A program made the position numbers and the translations under genes. A stretch of 64,000 nt of DNA, taken from positions 1,216,001 to 1,280,000 of the forward strand of contig OZ271918.1 in NCBI GenBank assembly GCA_965602015.1. Direction: 5' to 3'. Numbering within the stretch: the first letter of the stretch is position 1; each line of letters opens with the position of its first letter. Origin of the DNA: Salinispira sp. Lineage in GTDB: Bacteria; Spirochaetota; Spirochaetia; DSM-27196; Salinispiraceae. The notes under the pieces are model-generated. The model worked only from the letters and a program-made list of their open reading frames with translations, searched no databases and had not been told where the DNA came from. Positions 32,168-41,980 of this stretch are shown here, piece after piece.

Positions 32168-33082
32168 TTACTCCAGCTCAAATCCGTAGAGCCAGGCGAG
32201 AACGTGAGGAAACCGGTCTCTCCAGGCTGCCTCATTGTGGCCTGCGCCTGGATCGATCACCAGCTGCAGATCAGTCACGCCGTAGGCCGACAGCAGGTCG
32301 GCCATCTCCCGGGTGTTCTCCACATTCTCGCCGCCCTCGCCGCTGCCCATATCCAGATAAAAACGCAGTCCTGAGATGGCTGAGGGGCTTTGCTGGTAAT
32401 CTCGGAGGATCGCCCGGTCATCAACCCAGATGGACGGGCTCATGGCGATGATGCTTTCAAACTCGCCTGCGAAAATGAGCACCGAGTAAAGGGATATCAG
32501 GCCTCCCAGGCTGCTGCCGGCCAGTGAACTGTTTTCAGCCCCCGGAAGAATCCGGAACTCCCGTTCCGCCCATGGCTTAACGCTCATGACCACATCGATG
32601 AGATACGGGATTGCCGTGGTTTCCATTCCGTTGAATGATGCGGCATAGGGGCTGTACTCGGAAACCCGGCGTTCCCCTCCGTTGGCGATTCCGACAACGA
32701 TGGCGCCGTCAAATAAGCCCTTCGCCACCAGACCGTCGATGGTTTCATCCACCATCCACTCCCCGGAGTAGGCCAGATCCCGGTAAAATAGATTTTGACC
32801 GTCGTGCATGTAAATAACCGGGTAAAATTTGTCCGTCTCATAGTATCCGGGAGGGGTGTATACCCAGATGTCCCGTACAGTGCCCAACTCCGGCATGGGG
32901 AAATCGTCTATGAAGCGTACTTCACCGGGGTTTGCCCGCCCGGTGCCTTCCAGTTCTTCCATGAAGCTGGGCTCGGGTCTCTGACCCGGCGGGGGCGGCG
33001 GCAGGGGAGTGGTTACGCAGGATGCGACCAGGAGAATAGCGCTGAAAATCAGCACAATTAGTAACGTTGTGTTGTGCTTCAC
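32168..33082 (-). CDS. Alpha/beta hydrolase (esterase family) lipoprotein
   Basis: VASC lipobox, YPVIYMHDGQN, GSSLGG, HNEAAW. Confidence 0.9.
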   Translation of the reverse strand: MKHNTTLLIVLIFSAILLVASCVTTPLPPPPPGQRPEPSFMEELEGTGRANPGEVRFIDDFPMPELGTVRDIWVYTPPGYYETDKFYPVIYMHDGQNLFYRDLAYSGEWMVDETIDGLVAKGLFDGAIVVGIANGGERRVSEYSPYAASFNGMETTAIPYLIDVVMSVKPWAEREFRILPGAENSSLAGSSLGGLISLYSVLIFAGEFESIIAMSPSIWVDDRAILRDYQQSPSAISGLRFYLDMGSGEGGENVENTREMADLLSAYGVTDLQLVIDPGAGHNEAAWRDRFPHVLAWLYGFELE

Positions 33083-33197
33083 AGAATACCATCCTTTCTG
33101 CAGGCGTGAAATTGTACCATAAACCCAGCCTGATGCAAGTTCTCACCACTGATTTATTCTGTTTGTACCCGGACAAAATAATGTCTATTCTTACATT

Positions 33198-35204
33198 ATG
33201 AAGGGCACACCAGGCCGCTGGCCAATGCCCGGCCTGACCTGGCGGGTATTCCTTGCAATGACCATTCTGTTAGTAATCATGCTCGCCCTCGTCATAGGGC
33301 AAACCTACTCTGCATATCTACGGGCCCGCAGCATATACGCTGAGCGATTCGCCGTGGATCACACGCGCCTTATGACATCCGGACTTGAGGTAAAAATCAA
33401 CGGCGACCTCCTGCTTTCACAAACCCTCGCCCTTTCTCAGATAACCCGTCAATATTTCTCCGGAAATGGTGATGAAGAACTCCGCCGCCTCTTTATCTCC
33501 GAAAGCGAAAAAGTCCGGGAGCTCAGTCCCGGCAAGCGCCTTTTTTACGCACGCCTGGCTGGCGGGGAAGTGGTGATTAATGAACCGGGACTCGATCTTT
33601 CCCATGAGCCGCGGTATTTTCTCGATCCACTGAATCCCGGCGATCGCTGGTTTTTTAGACTCATCGAAGATCAGGATGAAGAATATGAGCTGAATATTGA
33701 TACCAATCGAGTGCTATCAAGCAGCAATATCTGGATAAATGTGCCGGTTGAGGGGGAGGGAACAAGACTCGGCGTACTGGGAACCGCATTCCCTCTGGCA
33801 GATTTTACTGAGACCTTTTCCGAAACCGAGGTTCCCGGGCTCATTCCCATGGTCGTTAATAATGATGCGGTGATCATCGCTCATCCGGACTCCCGCATTG
33901 TCCAGCACAATGCCGACGTAGAACTGGCTTCCGAACGCATTCTCCTCAGCGATATTCTACAGACTCCCGACAGCCTCGGGGTGAAGATAGAAACCCTTCG
34001 CAGGAGTCCCGGAGAGATTCTTATGACAAACGGAACCTCGAACGACGGTGCGTTTGTCCTTGCGATGAGTTACATGGAAGAACTGCGGTGGTTTTTGATT
34101 TCCATGGTTATTCTCAATGAGGTGCCGCTGCCAATCGGCCGGTTGGCAACCCAACTGGTACTTGTGTACAGCGCGTTTCTCCTGGTCTTCTATGCGGTAA
34201 TCTCGATAATTATCAACCGCCTCGTGCTGCGGCCCTTATCAATTCTTCAGAATTTGGCTCTGAGGGCCGCAGACGGCGAGTATCATCTCAAGATTCCCGA
34301 CGACCTCAACGACGAAATCGGCAAGCTCGCGCAGTCATTCAGCAGTTTGCTGGCAAAGATCAGGGCTCACACTGGAAGTCTCGAACAGACCATCCACAAA
34401 CGAGAACGGGAGTTGCGCCGGGTCCAGGAACATCTGGTGGAAAACCGCCAGGCGATAACCATTGGAAATCTCATTATGGGCATGTCGCAGAAAATCAACA
34501 CTCCCCTGGGCAATGCCTTAACATCGGCCGACAGTGTGAAACAAGGCCTGACGGACATCAGGAAGGCATTCGACGATCAGACGATGACCCGTTCGTACTT
34601 CGAGCAAAAACTGACAAATGCCGGCAGGCTCACGGAAATAGTCCTCAGCGACGTTCGTCAAATTATCGACTTCATGGATGTCCTCAAGACCGTCCGTCTG
34701 GATATGGATAATAGCCGGGTCGTTCCGGTAAACCTATATTCCAGCATCTACACCCTGCTTGAAACCCTGGTATCATCCATGCCTGAACGAAAAATTGCCC
34801 GGTCAATTACTATCGACGGGAATGCAGAAATACAGACCATCGACGATGCGCTGACGGAAATGATAAATATCCTGTTGACCGGCATTCTCCTGAACTCCGA
34901 GCAGGACCGGGAGTTAAACCTGAGCATATCCCTAAATGAAACCGCCACTTCCGAGCAGTACGAACTGGTGATTACTGATAACCGCCAAGCCATGAGCGCC
35001 GAGGACATTCAGCAGGCCCTTAACCCCCTCAGTTACTCAGGCGTCCAAAATCTTGACAGCGGGAGTTTCTCCATCCAGTTGTTCAGGGCAAACCTCATCC
35101 TCAAAGCAGTGCTTCAAGGCAGTATGGACATTCAGACTGCGGCGAAGGACGGCAACGTGATCCGCATCACATTGCCAAAAAAGATCAGTAAAATACCGCG
35201 CTGA
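33198..35204 (+). CDS. Cache/HAMP sensor with degenerate histidine kinase domain
   Basis: TM-Cache-TM-HAMP (DEIGKLA); H-box reads SQKINTPLGN; eroded ATP-binding boxes. Confidence 0.8.
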   Translation: MKGTPGRWPMPGLTWRVFLAMTILLVIMLALVIGQTYSAYLRARSIYAERFAVDHTRLMTSGLEVKINGDLLLSQTLALSQITRQYFSGNGDEELRRLFISESEKVRELSPGKRLFYARLAGGEVVINEPGLDLSHEPRYFLDPLNPGDRWFFRLIEDQDEEYELNIDTNRVLSSSNIWINVPVEGEGTRLGVLGTAFPLADFTETFSETEVPGLIPMVVNNDAVIIAHPDSRIVQHNADVELASERILLSDILQTPDSLGVKIETLRRSPGEILMTNGTSNDGAFVLAMSYMEELRWFLISMVILNEVPLPIGRLATQLVLVYSAFLLVFYAVISIIINRLVLRPLSILQNLALRAADGEYHLKIPDDLNDEIGKLAQSFSSLLAKIRAHTGSLEQTIHKRERELRRVQEHLVENRQAITIGNLIMGMSQKINTPLGNALTSADSVKQGLTDIRKAFDDQTMTRSYFEQKLTNAGRLTEIVLSDVRQIIDFMDVLKTVRLDMDNSRVVPVNLYSSIYTLLETLVSSMPERKIARSITIDGNAEIQTIDDALTEMINILLTGILLNSEQDRELNLSISLNETATSEQYELVITDNRQAMSAEDIQQALNPLSYSGVQNLDSGSFSIQLFRANLILKAVLQGSMDIQTAAKDGNVIRITLPKKISKIPR

Positions 35205-35231
35205 AAGACGTAAAATGACCGGGAGTCGGTT

Positions 35232-36626
35232 TTAATCAGTCAGCCGATCCGTAACGGTAAAATCAAAATCACAGATATCATCCCCGGAGGCAATGGTCTG
35301 CGGGCGCTTCATGCTGATCAACGGCTGGCGTTCCTTGAAGAATGCCCCGTCGGCCGCGCAAAACGCGGCGGCCAGTTCAGGGTGCCCGAGTACATGGCAG
35401 AGCTCGACGAATCGGCAACGGGTAACCAGGTAGCGCAGCCGGGGGTATTGCACCTTGTCCAGTACATAATCGGTATTGGGAAAACGGTCCACCATGGAGA
35501 TGACCCTTTGCCTGAGCTCCCCCTGGGGTCGGGAAAAGAAATCCGGATCCATTGGCGGAATGCTGTCGCTCAGAAAGCGCATTGCCGAGTGATATATGAT
35601 CCCCCGGATTGCCTCCAGGGCCTCTTGTTGCGGAAGGCGGCGGAGCAGTTGGCGGTACATAAGCACAGCGTCGCCGATGAGCGCCCTGGACTGTCTGTCT
35701 TTCCTGTTCTTCGGGCGAGGAAGCTTCCGCCACGGTCGGCCGAGAATCGATTGAAGGATCATGGAAAGCACGACGGGAATCCACAAGCCCGCGGATATTG
35801 CGCTCTTCCCCATGGCCTTCAAGGCGGCCAAGCGGATGCGTATCCATCGGGATGCCGATGTGAGCCGCCGCCGGTCGCCGACCCGGTCCATATTGAGCTG
35901 ACCGAGCAGGACGGAAAAAAGACCCAGGGTCATAATAATAGAAGACGCCAGGGTGAGGGCGTCCAGGGCGAAATCCCAGCCTCCGGCCCTTGATGCCTGC
36001 CGGATTCCCGTGATGAACAGTCGGAGTTGGAATGCCGAACCGTAGGCCGCCCCCTGAATAACAAGCAGAAGGGCGAGGCGGCGAAAGCCGAGAAAACTCA
36101 TTACCACAATGGGTATTGCCACCGAGAGAGCCTGGTATGTCTGCACCAGCCGCGGCCGTGCGAAAACCCTTCGCGCCAAAACAGCGCCGTCCAAAAGACC
36201 GTAATCCATGACGGCGAGAATCATCCCGACGAAAAACAGCAGGTTGATGTAGGCCAGGGTTCCGGCCCGGCGCTCAAGCGGCGGAGCCATGACAGCTTCT
36301 CCGATGTGCGGCCTGCTAAATCTCTGCATCAGCTCAAGAATAAAGCCGGTATTCATGTAGGCGAGCATTACAAACCAGCCTGCGTCGACCCAGGATATCT
36401 GAAGGAAGGCCAATACCTGCGCCCATCCCGAACCCTGGAGAAGGCGGATTCCCCGGGAGAGCATAAACAGTTCAATGACGCTATTGGCGGCCCCGGCCAG
36501 ATGGAACAGGCCAAGAGCCTTCCAGCGACCCCGGCGTATCAGGAGAATGTGCATGAGAACGACCAGCACTGTGGTTCCCACAAGTCCGTCGTAGCTGATA
36601 AGGCGGTTCATTTCTATGACATTCAT
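35232..36626 (-). CDS. Membrane protein fused to an L-2-amino-thiazoline-4-carboxylate hydrolase-like domain
   Basis: About 7 hydrophobic segments, then VTRCRF...PELAAAFCAAD...RPQTIASGDDICDF. Confidence 0.7.
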   Translation of the reverse strand: MNVIEMNRLISYDGLVGTTVLVVLMHILLIRRGRWKALGLFHLAGAANSVIELFMLSRGIRLLQGSGWAQVLAFLQISWVDAGWFVMLAYMNTGFILELMQRFSRPHIGEAVMAPPLERRAGTLAYINLLFFVGMILAVMDYGLLDGAVLARRVFARPRLVQTYQALSVAIPIVVMSFLGFRRLALLLVIQGAAYGSAFQLRLFITGIRQASRAGGWDFALDALTLASSIIMTLGLFSVLLGQLNMDRVGDRRRLTSASRWIRIRLAALKAMGKSAISAGLWIPVVLSMILQSILGRPWRKLPRPKNRKDRQSRALIGDAVLMYRQLLRRLPQQEALEAIRGIIYHSAMRFLSDSIPPMDPDFFSRPQGELRQRVISMVDRFPNTDYVLDKVQYPRLRYLVTRCRFVELCHVLGHPELAAAFCAADGAFFKERQPLISMKRPQTIASGDDICDFDFTVTDRLTD

Positions 36627-36683
36627 ACTCAGATTCTATCAGCAGGTCTTGTATGCTGGCAAAGCCAAATCAGCGTTGATGAA

Positions 36684-37145
36684 CTAATTACTTGATATTT
36701 TTCCAGCGGCCTTTTGCTCCTTTCGCCGGCGGACTATTCTCCGGTTTACCGCCTCCATCAGGTAAATGCTGAGAAGGATGGACAGGTTGGCCAGAATTAT
36801 TTCTCCAATATACAGATCGGAGGTGAGGGTGGAGTTGAGTACGCCTAAAATTATCGAAACAAAGAGGTAGGTCATTTCCTTCATCGCGATTGGGCGGGTT
36901 CTGTAACGGAGAACCGACAATACGGCAAATATTCCGAAGGCAAAGGCAGTATTCATCTGAACCTTGCTGAGAAAACTGGCGGTAAAAAAAATGACCACAT
37001 TAAACACCACAAAGCTGAAAAAACTCGTGCGCCGACGGCTGTGACGGAAAAAAATGAGAAACACCAGAACGGAAATTGCCGCGGCGTTGATTCCAAGACG
37101 CTGTAAGAGGGTGAGTATGTAGGGGTCGCTGTAAAAGCTGTTCAT
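36684..37145 (-). CDS. DUF4956 family membrane protein, short form
   Basis: AFGIFAVLSVLRYRT, KEMTYLF. Confidence 0.8.
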   Translation of the reverse strand: MNSFYSDPYILTLLQRLGINAAAISVLVFLIFFRHSRRRTSFFSFVVFNVVIFFTASFLSKVQMNTAFAFGIFAVLSVLRYRTRPIAMKEMTYLFVSIILGVLNSTLTSDLYIGEIILANLSILLSIYLMEAVNRRIVRRRKEQKAAGKISSN

Positions 37146-37266
37146 AGGGTACAAGCTCTCCTTATGTATTGTCGGGCATAAATCGTCGGTAGAGCGATGC
37201 CGGCCGCGCCCGGGCAGTCGTCCCAGGTTTTCCGCGCTGGATTGGCGGATCTCTGACCAGTGGAAG

Positions 37267-38772
37267 TCAGTCGGCGCCTGGCAGGTCGGGGTATTCCCGG
37301 GCAAGGTCTTCCCTGGCGCTTTCGATGCGGGTCTGGAAAAAGTTCACCCCCCCGTCATCCCCGCCGAAACCGAGACGGTAGTGGCGGTAGCGCGACCAGT
37401 CGGCGGTCCGGTCGGATATCTCCACATTGTCCCCAGTATCGTTTTCCACAAAGGGGAGTACGGCGTCTATCCAGGAAGTGCTGCGGTCAAGCAGGGACTC
37501 CGGCTGGTATAGTGCGTCCGGGCCGTCGATCAGCTCATAAAGAAGCTCGGCATAGCGCCTTTGAAACTCGGGCACCTGGAGGACCCGCTGGATGAGGGGC
37601 CTCGAGCCCTCTTCGACACCCTCCGGCTGGAAAACATCGACGGTTCCCGGGTCTGCCATCACCGAGGTTCCGAAACTGTTGTCCAGATCGTAGGGAATAA
37701 AATGCCACCGGTTTTCTTCATCATTGTACAGGTAGTAATTGTTCTGGTTGAGCCAGTAATCGTCCCAGCTGCCTATCATAATGCCCAGGGCGCTGGCCCT
37801 CAGCAGGGATTCCAGTTCGAGGTGGCGCCGGGCCCAGGCAGGGAACTGTTCATCGTTAACGGTATTCAACTGCCCGATAAACTCGCTGAATTCTGCAGCC
37901 GCCCGTTCCAGTTCATCTTTGTTGGTTTTTAGGTCGTACGGGAATGATATGCCGCTGTCAGGATCTTCAAGGCCCATTTTGGAACGGGGCGAATCTTCAA
38001 CCAGCGGGGAGGGCCACAGACACTTCCACAAATCGCCGTCATCGTTTCGCCCGAACCGGTCCATAAGCAGCTCCTTTTCAAAAGCTTCCATGAGCTGATA
38101 CACCCCGTGGTATGATATTCGCTCATCTCCCGATATCAATATATAGAGTCTGACATGGGTGCTCCGTTGAACCGTCTCAACGCCGAAATCCCGCATGAGG
38201 CTCAAAGCGAGCCGCTCGCGCACATAACTGGGGTCGCCGTTTGCCCGTTTGAGAATAAGACTCTCCTGCCCGAAAAACTGCCGGTCTTGCTGGTAATCGA
38301 TTTTTATCCGGTAATGAGCCTGGTTGAATTGGGGGTTAAGCGGGTCGTGGAATCGCGACTGCTCGGGACGGACCCTGCTGAATGTGTTGCCCCGCAGGCG
38401 CAGCCCCGCATTCTCCACACGCCATGACGAGTCACCTGAACGGAAGTACATGTCCCCTTGGACGTAGCGTTCGTTCATGGGGTTTTGGTCATAGTACGCG
38501 AGAAGATCGTTCCACTGATCAACATCGATTACCAAAAGAATGTCCCGCAGCTCGCCCGGATCAGTAAAGCCGCCGGTCTGAAACAGGAAGTCCGATGGAG
38601 CGTTCATAAGCTCGTCTGCAGAGCCCGGCGAAGCGCCGAGGAAGCTCCGGACCATTTCCCCAACCTCAGGGCGTTCATCGGCGTCGGTGAATCCCGTACG
38701 GGAAGCGCAGCCGGCAGAAAGATAGAGCATTGCGATAAAAATCATGTATCCCGTCAGCCTGCGGCCAGTCAT
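37267..38772 (-). CDS. CotH kinase family lipoprotein
   Basis: LSAGC lipobox, GLRLRGNTFSR, DPSYVRE, WDDYWLNQNNYYLY, IPYDLDNSFG. Confidence 0.88.
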   Translation of the reverse strand: MTGRRLTGYMIFIAMLYLSAGCASRTGFTDADERPEVGEMVRSFLGASPGSADELMNAPSDFLFQTGGFTDPGELRDILLVIDVDQWNDLLAYYDQNPMNERYVQGDMYFRSGDSSWRVENAGLRLRGNTFSRVRPEQSRFHDPLNPQFNQAHYRIKIDYQQDRQFFGQESLILKRANGDPSYVRERLALSLMRDFGVETVQRSTHVRLYILISGDERISYHGVYQLMEAFEKELLMDRFGRNDDGDLWKCLWPSPLVEDSPRSKMGLEDPDSGISFPYDLKTNKDELERAAAEFSEFIGQLNTVNDEQFPAWARRHLELESLLRASALGIMIGSWDDYWLNQNNYYLYNDEENRWHFIPYDLDNSFGTSVMADPGTVDVFQPEGVEEGSRPLIQRVLQVPEFQRRYAELLYELIDGPDALYQPESLLDRSTSWIDAVLPFVENDTGDNVEISDRTADWSRYRHYRLGFGGDDGGVNFFQTRIESAREDLAREYPDLPGAD

Positions 38773-38979
38773 AGCTTCTGCTCCTGCATGTATTGCACCC
38801 ATAGTATTATGAAACCACATCGTCAGCAACAAGGCGTTCTCCCTTAACAGCGGGACTAATCGGAAGTAGTATGCAAAACAGGAGGCCCGCCCTTTCTCAC
38901 ATTCGGGTAAAAGCGCGGGCTGTGCAGCTTTATGGATATTTCCCTGATTCTCTATTAGGCTTATGGGGAGAGGTACGCC

Positions 38980-40395
38980 ATGGATGCCACCGCCTTAGTC
39001 AAATATCCCGCAGGAGCTATCCTTTTCGCCGAAGGCGATGAATCGCGGGATCTGTATATAATACGATCGGGAAGCGTGCAGATCTTTAAAACCCAAAGCG
39101 GGAAAAATATCCCCATAGCCCGGCTGGGACCCGGCTCCATGCTGGGTGAAATGGCTTTTATCTCGGCCCTGCCCAGGTCAGCCTCGGCAAAGGCGGAAGA
39201 GGAAGTGACGGTGAGCCGCATTTCCATCGATGTTCTCGCCAGCGATGCGTTCAGCGTTAATGAATGGGCAGTCAATATAGCCCGGGTCATTGCCGACAGG
39301 ATTAGGCGTACCACCGACCTGATTTCCGATTACAAAACCCATATCCCGGAAAACAGCGACGGCGGCGACGAACGCATGGAGAACCCCGACGACTTCTCGT
39401 TAAAAGACGACATCGTCGAGAAGCGCGGCCATTTGCGATTAAAAGGCTATTTCAACGGCACCCACCTCAACCGGATGAAGGAATCATTGCGAAGCTTGTC
39501 GGTAAAGGGATGCACCCGGGTTGTCATCGACTTTGCCGAGGTTCCCGATGTTGACAAGCAGGTGCTGGATTTTCTCCATCAGCTATCCGGTGACCACCTT
39601 TTCTATAACATGGAAATATCCATCGTAAATGTTCAGCTTATCAGAAGCAAAATCCTCTCCATCGAGGGAATAGAAAAACTGGTTTACAAGGCCCAGCTTC
39701 CCCTCAAGCGGGTCGCACAGCACGATTACCTGATCCGTCAGGACGAGCCCGGTGGGGATATGTATGTGGTTAAAACCGGCGCCATGAAAATTACCCGGAC
39801 TGTGGACGACCGGGAAATCGTTCTCGGTCACGTTGAAGCCGGTGGGGTGATTGGTGAAATGAACCTCATCGATAATGGGATACGTTCGGCAAACGTCATC
39901 GCCGAGCATGTCACCGTGGTCTACCAGGTAAGCGTCGACGAGTTTTACAAGAACACCTACAATATCCCCCGCTGGTTTATGGAGATGATCAGGGTGCTGG
40001 TATTCAGGCTCCGCCAGACCAACGAGATGCTCGAACGGGCAGTGCGCCGTCAATACCGCGAGGAGCCCCAATCGGAAGTTCACGTGGACAATCCGATTTC
40101 GGTGTATATCGATACCGCAAGGCCCGGTCATATTGCCGTGTCGGGACACTTGGTGAGGGCAAACCTGGAGTATCTCTCGGGAATCGTCAATCTGCTGATA
40201 AAAAAAGGCAATCAGGTAATCAGCATCGAAATCGATGCCTGCAAATCCATCGACTACCCGTGCATTCGATACCTCCTCCAACTGTTCGTCTATTTGCAAA
40301 AACGCGGCGGGGTTCTGCAGATCCCCGGCGCCAAGAAGGAAGTCCTCCTGCTATTCAAACAGTATGATATAGATCTGCCCGAGGTCTCTAAATGA
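38980..40395 (+). CDS. Tandem (cNMP-binding + STAS) x2 protein
   Basis: GEMAF..PRSASA and GEMNL..IRSANV cNMP motifs, each followed by a STAS-like block (LKGYF..IDFAEVPDVD; VSGHL..CKSID). Confidence 0.8.
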   Translation: MDATALVKYPAGAILFAEGDESRDLYIIRSGSVQIFKTQSGKNIPIARLGPGSMLGEMAFISALPRSASAKAEEEVTVSRISIDVLASDAFSVNEWAVNIARVIADRIRRTTDLISDYKTHIPENSDGGDERMENPDDFSLKDDIVEKRGHLRLKGYFNGTHLNRMKESLRSLSVKGCTRVVIDFAEVPDVDKQVLDFLHQLSGDHLFYNMEISIVNVQLIRSKILSIEGIEKLVYKAQLPLKRVAQHDYLIRQDEPGGDMYVVKTGAMKITRTVDDREIVLGHVEAGGVIGEMNLIDNGIRSANVIAEHVTVVYQVSVDEFYKNTYNIPRWFMEMIRVLVFRLRQTNEMLERAVRRQYREEPQSEVHVDNPISVYIDTARPGHIAVSGHLVRANLEYLSGIVNLLIKKGNQVISIEIDACKSIDYPCIRYLLQLFVYLQKRGGVLQIPGAKKEVLLLFKQYDIDLPEVSK

Positions 40396-40419
40396 TGGGA
40401 AAGCTCTGATGGGTTGGGC

Positions 40420-40929
40420 TTACTGCTTACTGTAGAATCGGTATCCGAATGAAATGGGGAGGGCGATCCAATACCTGGGCAGCAGGCTGGTGCCGCCGGC
40501 TACTATTTGCCAGTATTCCACAGCTATGCCGGCATACAATCTTTGCTTTTCAAATAAGTAGTACCGTAAACCTGCCGTCGCACCTAAATATGCGCTAGAA
40601 AAAGCGGATTGGAGCAGATGGGCGTCTGTTAATATCCCCGCCCCAACCAGCTGGCTGAGCCTTCTGTTTGGTAAGAAGGTGTAAGACGCTTCTAAGGCTA
40701 TAGTCGTGGCGGGTCCGGGATTCGCGCTCCCAATGACGGCTATATTCTTAGCTTGATAGCTAAGGGCAAATCCTAATGTGCCCATGATGTCCTGCTCAGG
40801 GCCAAATCGGTCATCGAATAGAATAGTCAACCCGCTGCCCTCAAGGCCAAGCGAATATTCCGCATGTATGTAAGCAGTACTAAAAAGGACGATAAAAAAA
40901 AGTGACACCGGAGCGACTCTGCGTTTCAT
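40420..40929 (-). CDS. Hypothetical exported protein, beta-barrel-like pattern
   Basis: Signal peptide, alternating hydrophobic strands, ISFGYRF near the C-terminus. Confidence 0.55.
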   Translation of the reverse strand: MKRRVAPVSLFFIVLFSTAYIHAEYSLGLEGSGLTILFDDRFGPEQDIMGTLGFALSYQAKNIAVIGSANPGPATTIALEASYTFLPNRRLSQLVGAGILTDAHLLQSAFSSAYLGATAGLRYYLFEKQRLYAGIAVEYWQIVAGGTSLLPRYWIALPISFGYRFYSKQ

Positions 40930-40949
40930 AATTATTCTCCCGATGGAAT

Positions 40950-41936
40950 TCACCGCTCATGCGGATAGCGCACGCCGATTTGGGAACGGATTTCATCCAT
41001 GACGTTCATGACCGCTATTGTCGAAGACATGGGCCATGTGTCGCTTTCGGTTTTTCCCTCAGCGATGCAGGCTTCAGCCTCCGCCGCCTGGTATTGCATT
41101 CCGCGGCCGGAGATTTTTTCATCATAGCGCTCAATAAGATTGCCGGCGGTATCGAAGTGGTTGACCGCCGTCTGGTTGTACCAGGTTTTTTCCAGCTCCA
41201 GCCGACCGGCTTCTCCCGCGACCATCGCCCGGTTTGAACCGGCCACTTGGCTTCCGCAGTGGAGCACTGCCTGGGCTCCGCCGTGGTAGCTCAGGGTCAT
41301 AGCCGTCGAGATGTCAGTGCCAAAATCGCTGAGTTCCGCCTGGGCCATGATCTTTTTCGGACTGCCGAAGAGCATATGGGCAAAGGAGAGGGTATACACC
41401 CCCAGATCCAAAAGCGCTCCGCCCCCCAGCTCCGGCTCGTACAGCCTGGCGGCCCGCTCGTAGGGTATATGCTGATTATGCCCCGCCATGGCGACAAGCG
41501 GCGTACCAATGGCGCCCGATCGAATCTTCTCCAAGACCCATTTCATGGAGGGAAGGAATCGGCTCCACATGGCTTCCATGATAAACAACCCCCGATTGGC
41601 CGCCTGTTCTTTGAGGCTTTGAGCCTGAGCTGCATCGAGGGTAAAGGCCTTCTCCACCAGCACGTGTTTACCGTTATCAAGGGCAAGGGAGGCATGTTCG
41701 TAGTGATGCGAATGGGGGGTGGCGACATAAATGATGTCGACCTCGCTAGAGGCGCAAAGTTCCTCATAGCTTCCAAAACTGTGGGGAATGGAATACTGGG
41801 CGCAGAAGTTTTCCGATTTTTCCTTGCTGCGGGAACCCACGGCGCGCACCGATCTACCGCTTGCCATGAGGTCGCGGGTCTGCATATGGGCAATGCCCCC
41901 GGTGGCCAGGATGCCCCATCTGATTTTTGTGCTCAT
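40950..41936 (-). CDS. Gfo/Idh/MocA oxidoreductase
   Basis: WGILATGGIA, YVATPH, HVLVEK, GGGALLDLGVY. Confidence 0.93.
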   Translation of the reverse strand: MSTKIRWGILATGGIAHMQTRDLMASGRSVRAVGSRSKEKSENFCAQYSIPHSFGSYEELCASSEVDIIYVATPHSHHYEHASLALDNGKHVLVEKAFTLDAAQAQSLKEQAANRGLFIMEAMWSRFLPSMKWVLEKIRSGAIGTPLVAMAGHNQHIPYERAARLYEPELGGGALLDLGVYTLSFAHMLFGSPKKIMAQAELSDFGTDISTAMTLSYHGGAQAVLHCGSQVAGSNRAMVAGEAGRLELEKTWYNQTAVNHFDTAGNLIERYDEKISGRGMQYQAAEAEACIAEGKTESDTWPMSSTIAVMNVMDEIRSQIGVRYPHER

Positions 41937-41980
41937 ACCGGTAATTCTACACGTTCGGTGGACCGAATAGCCAGAGAAAA

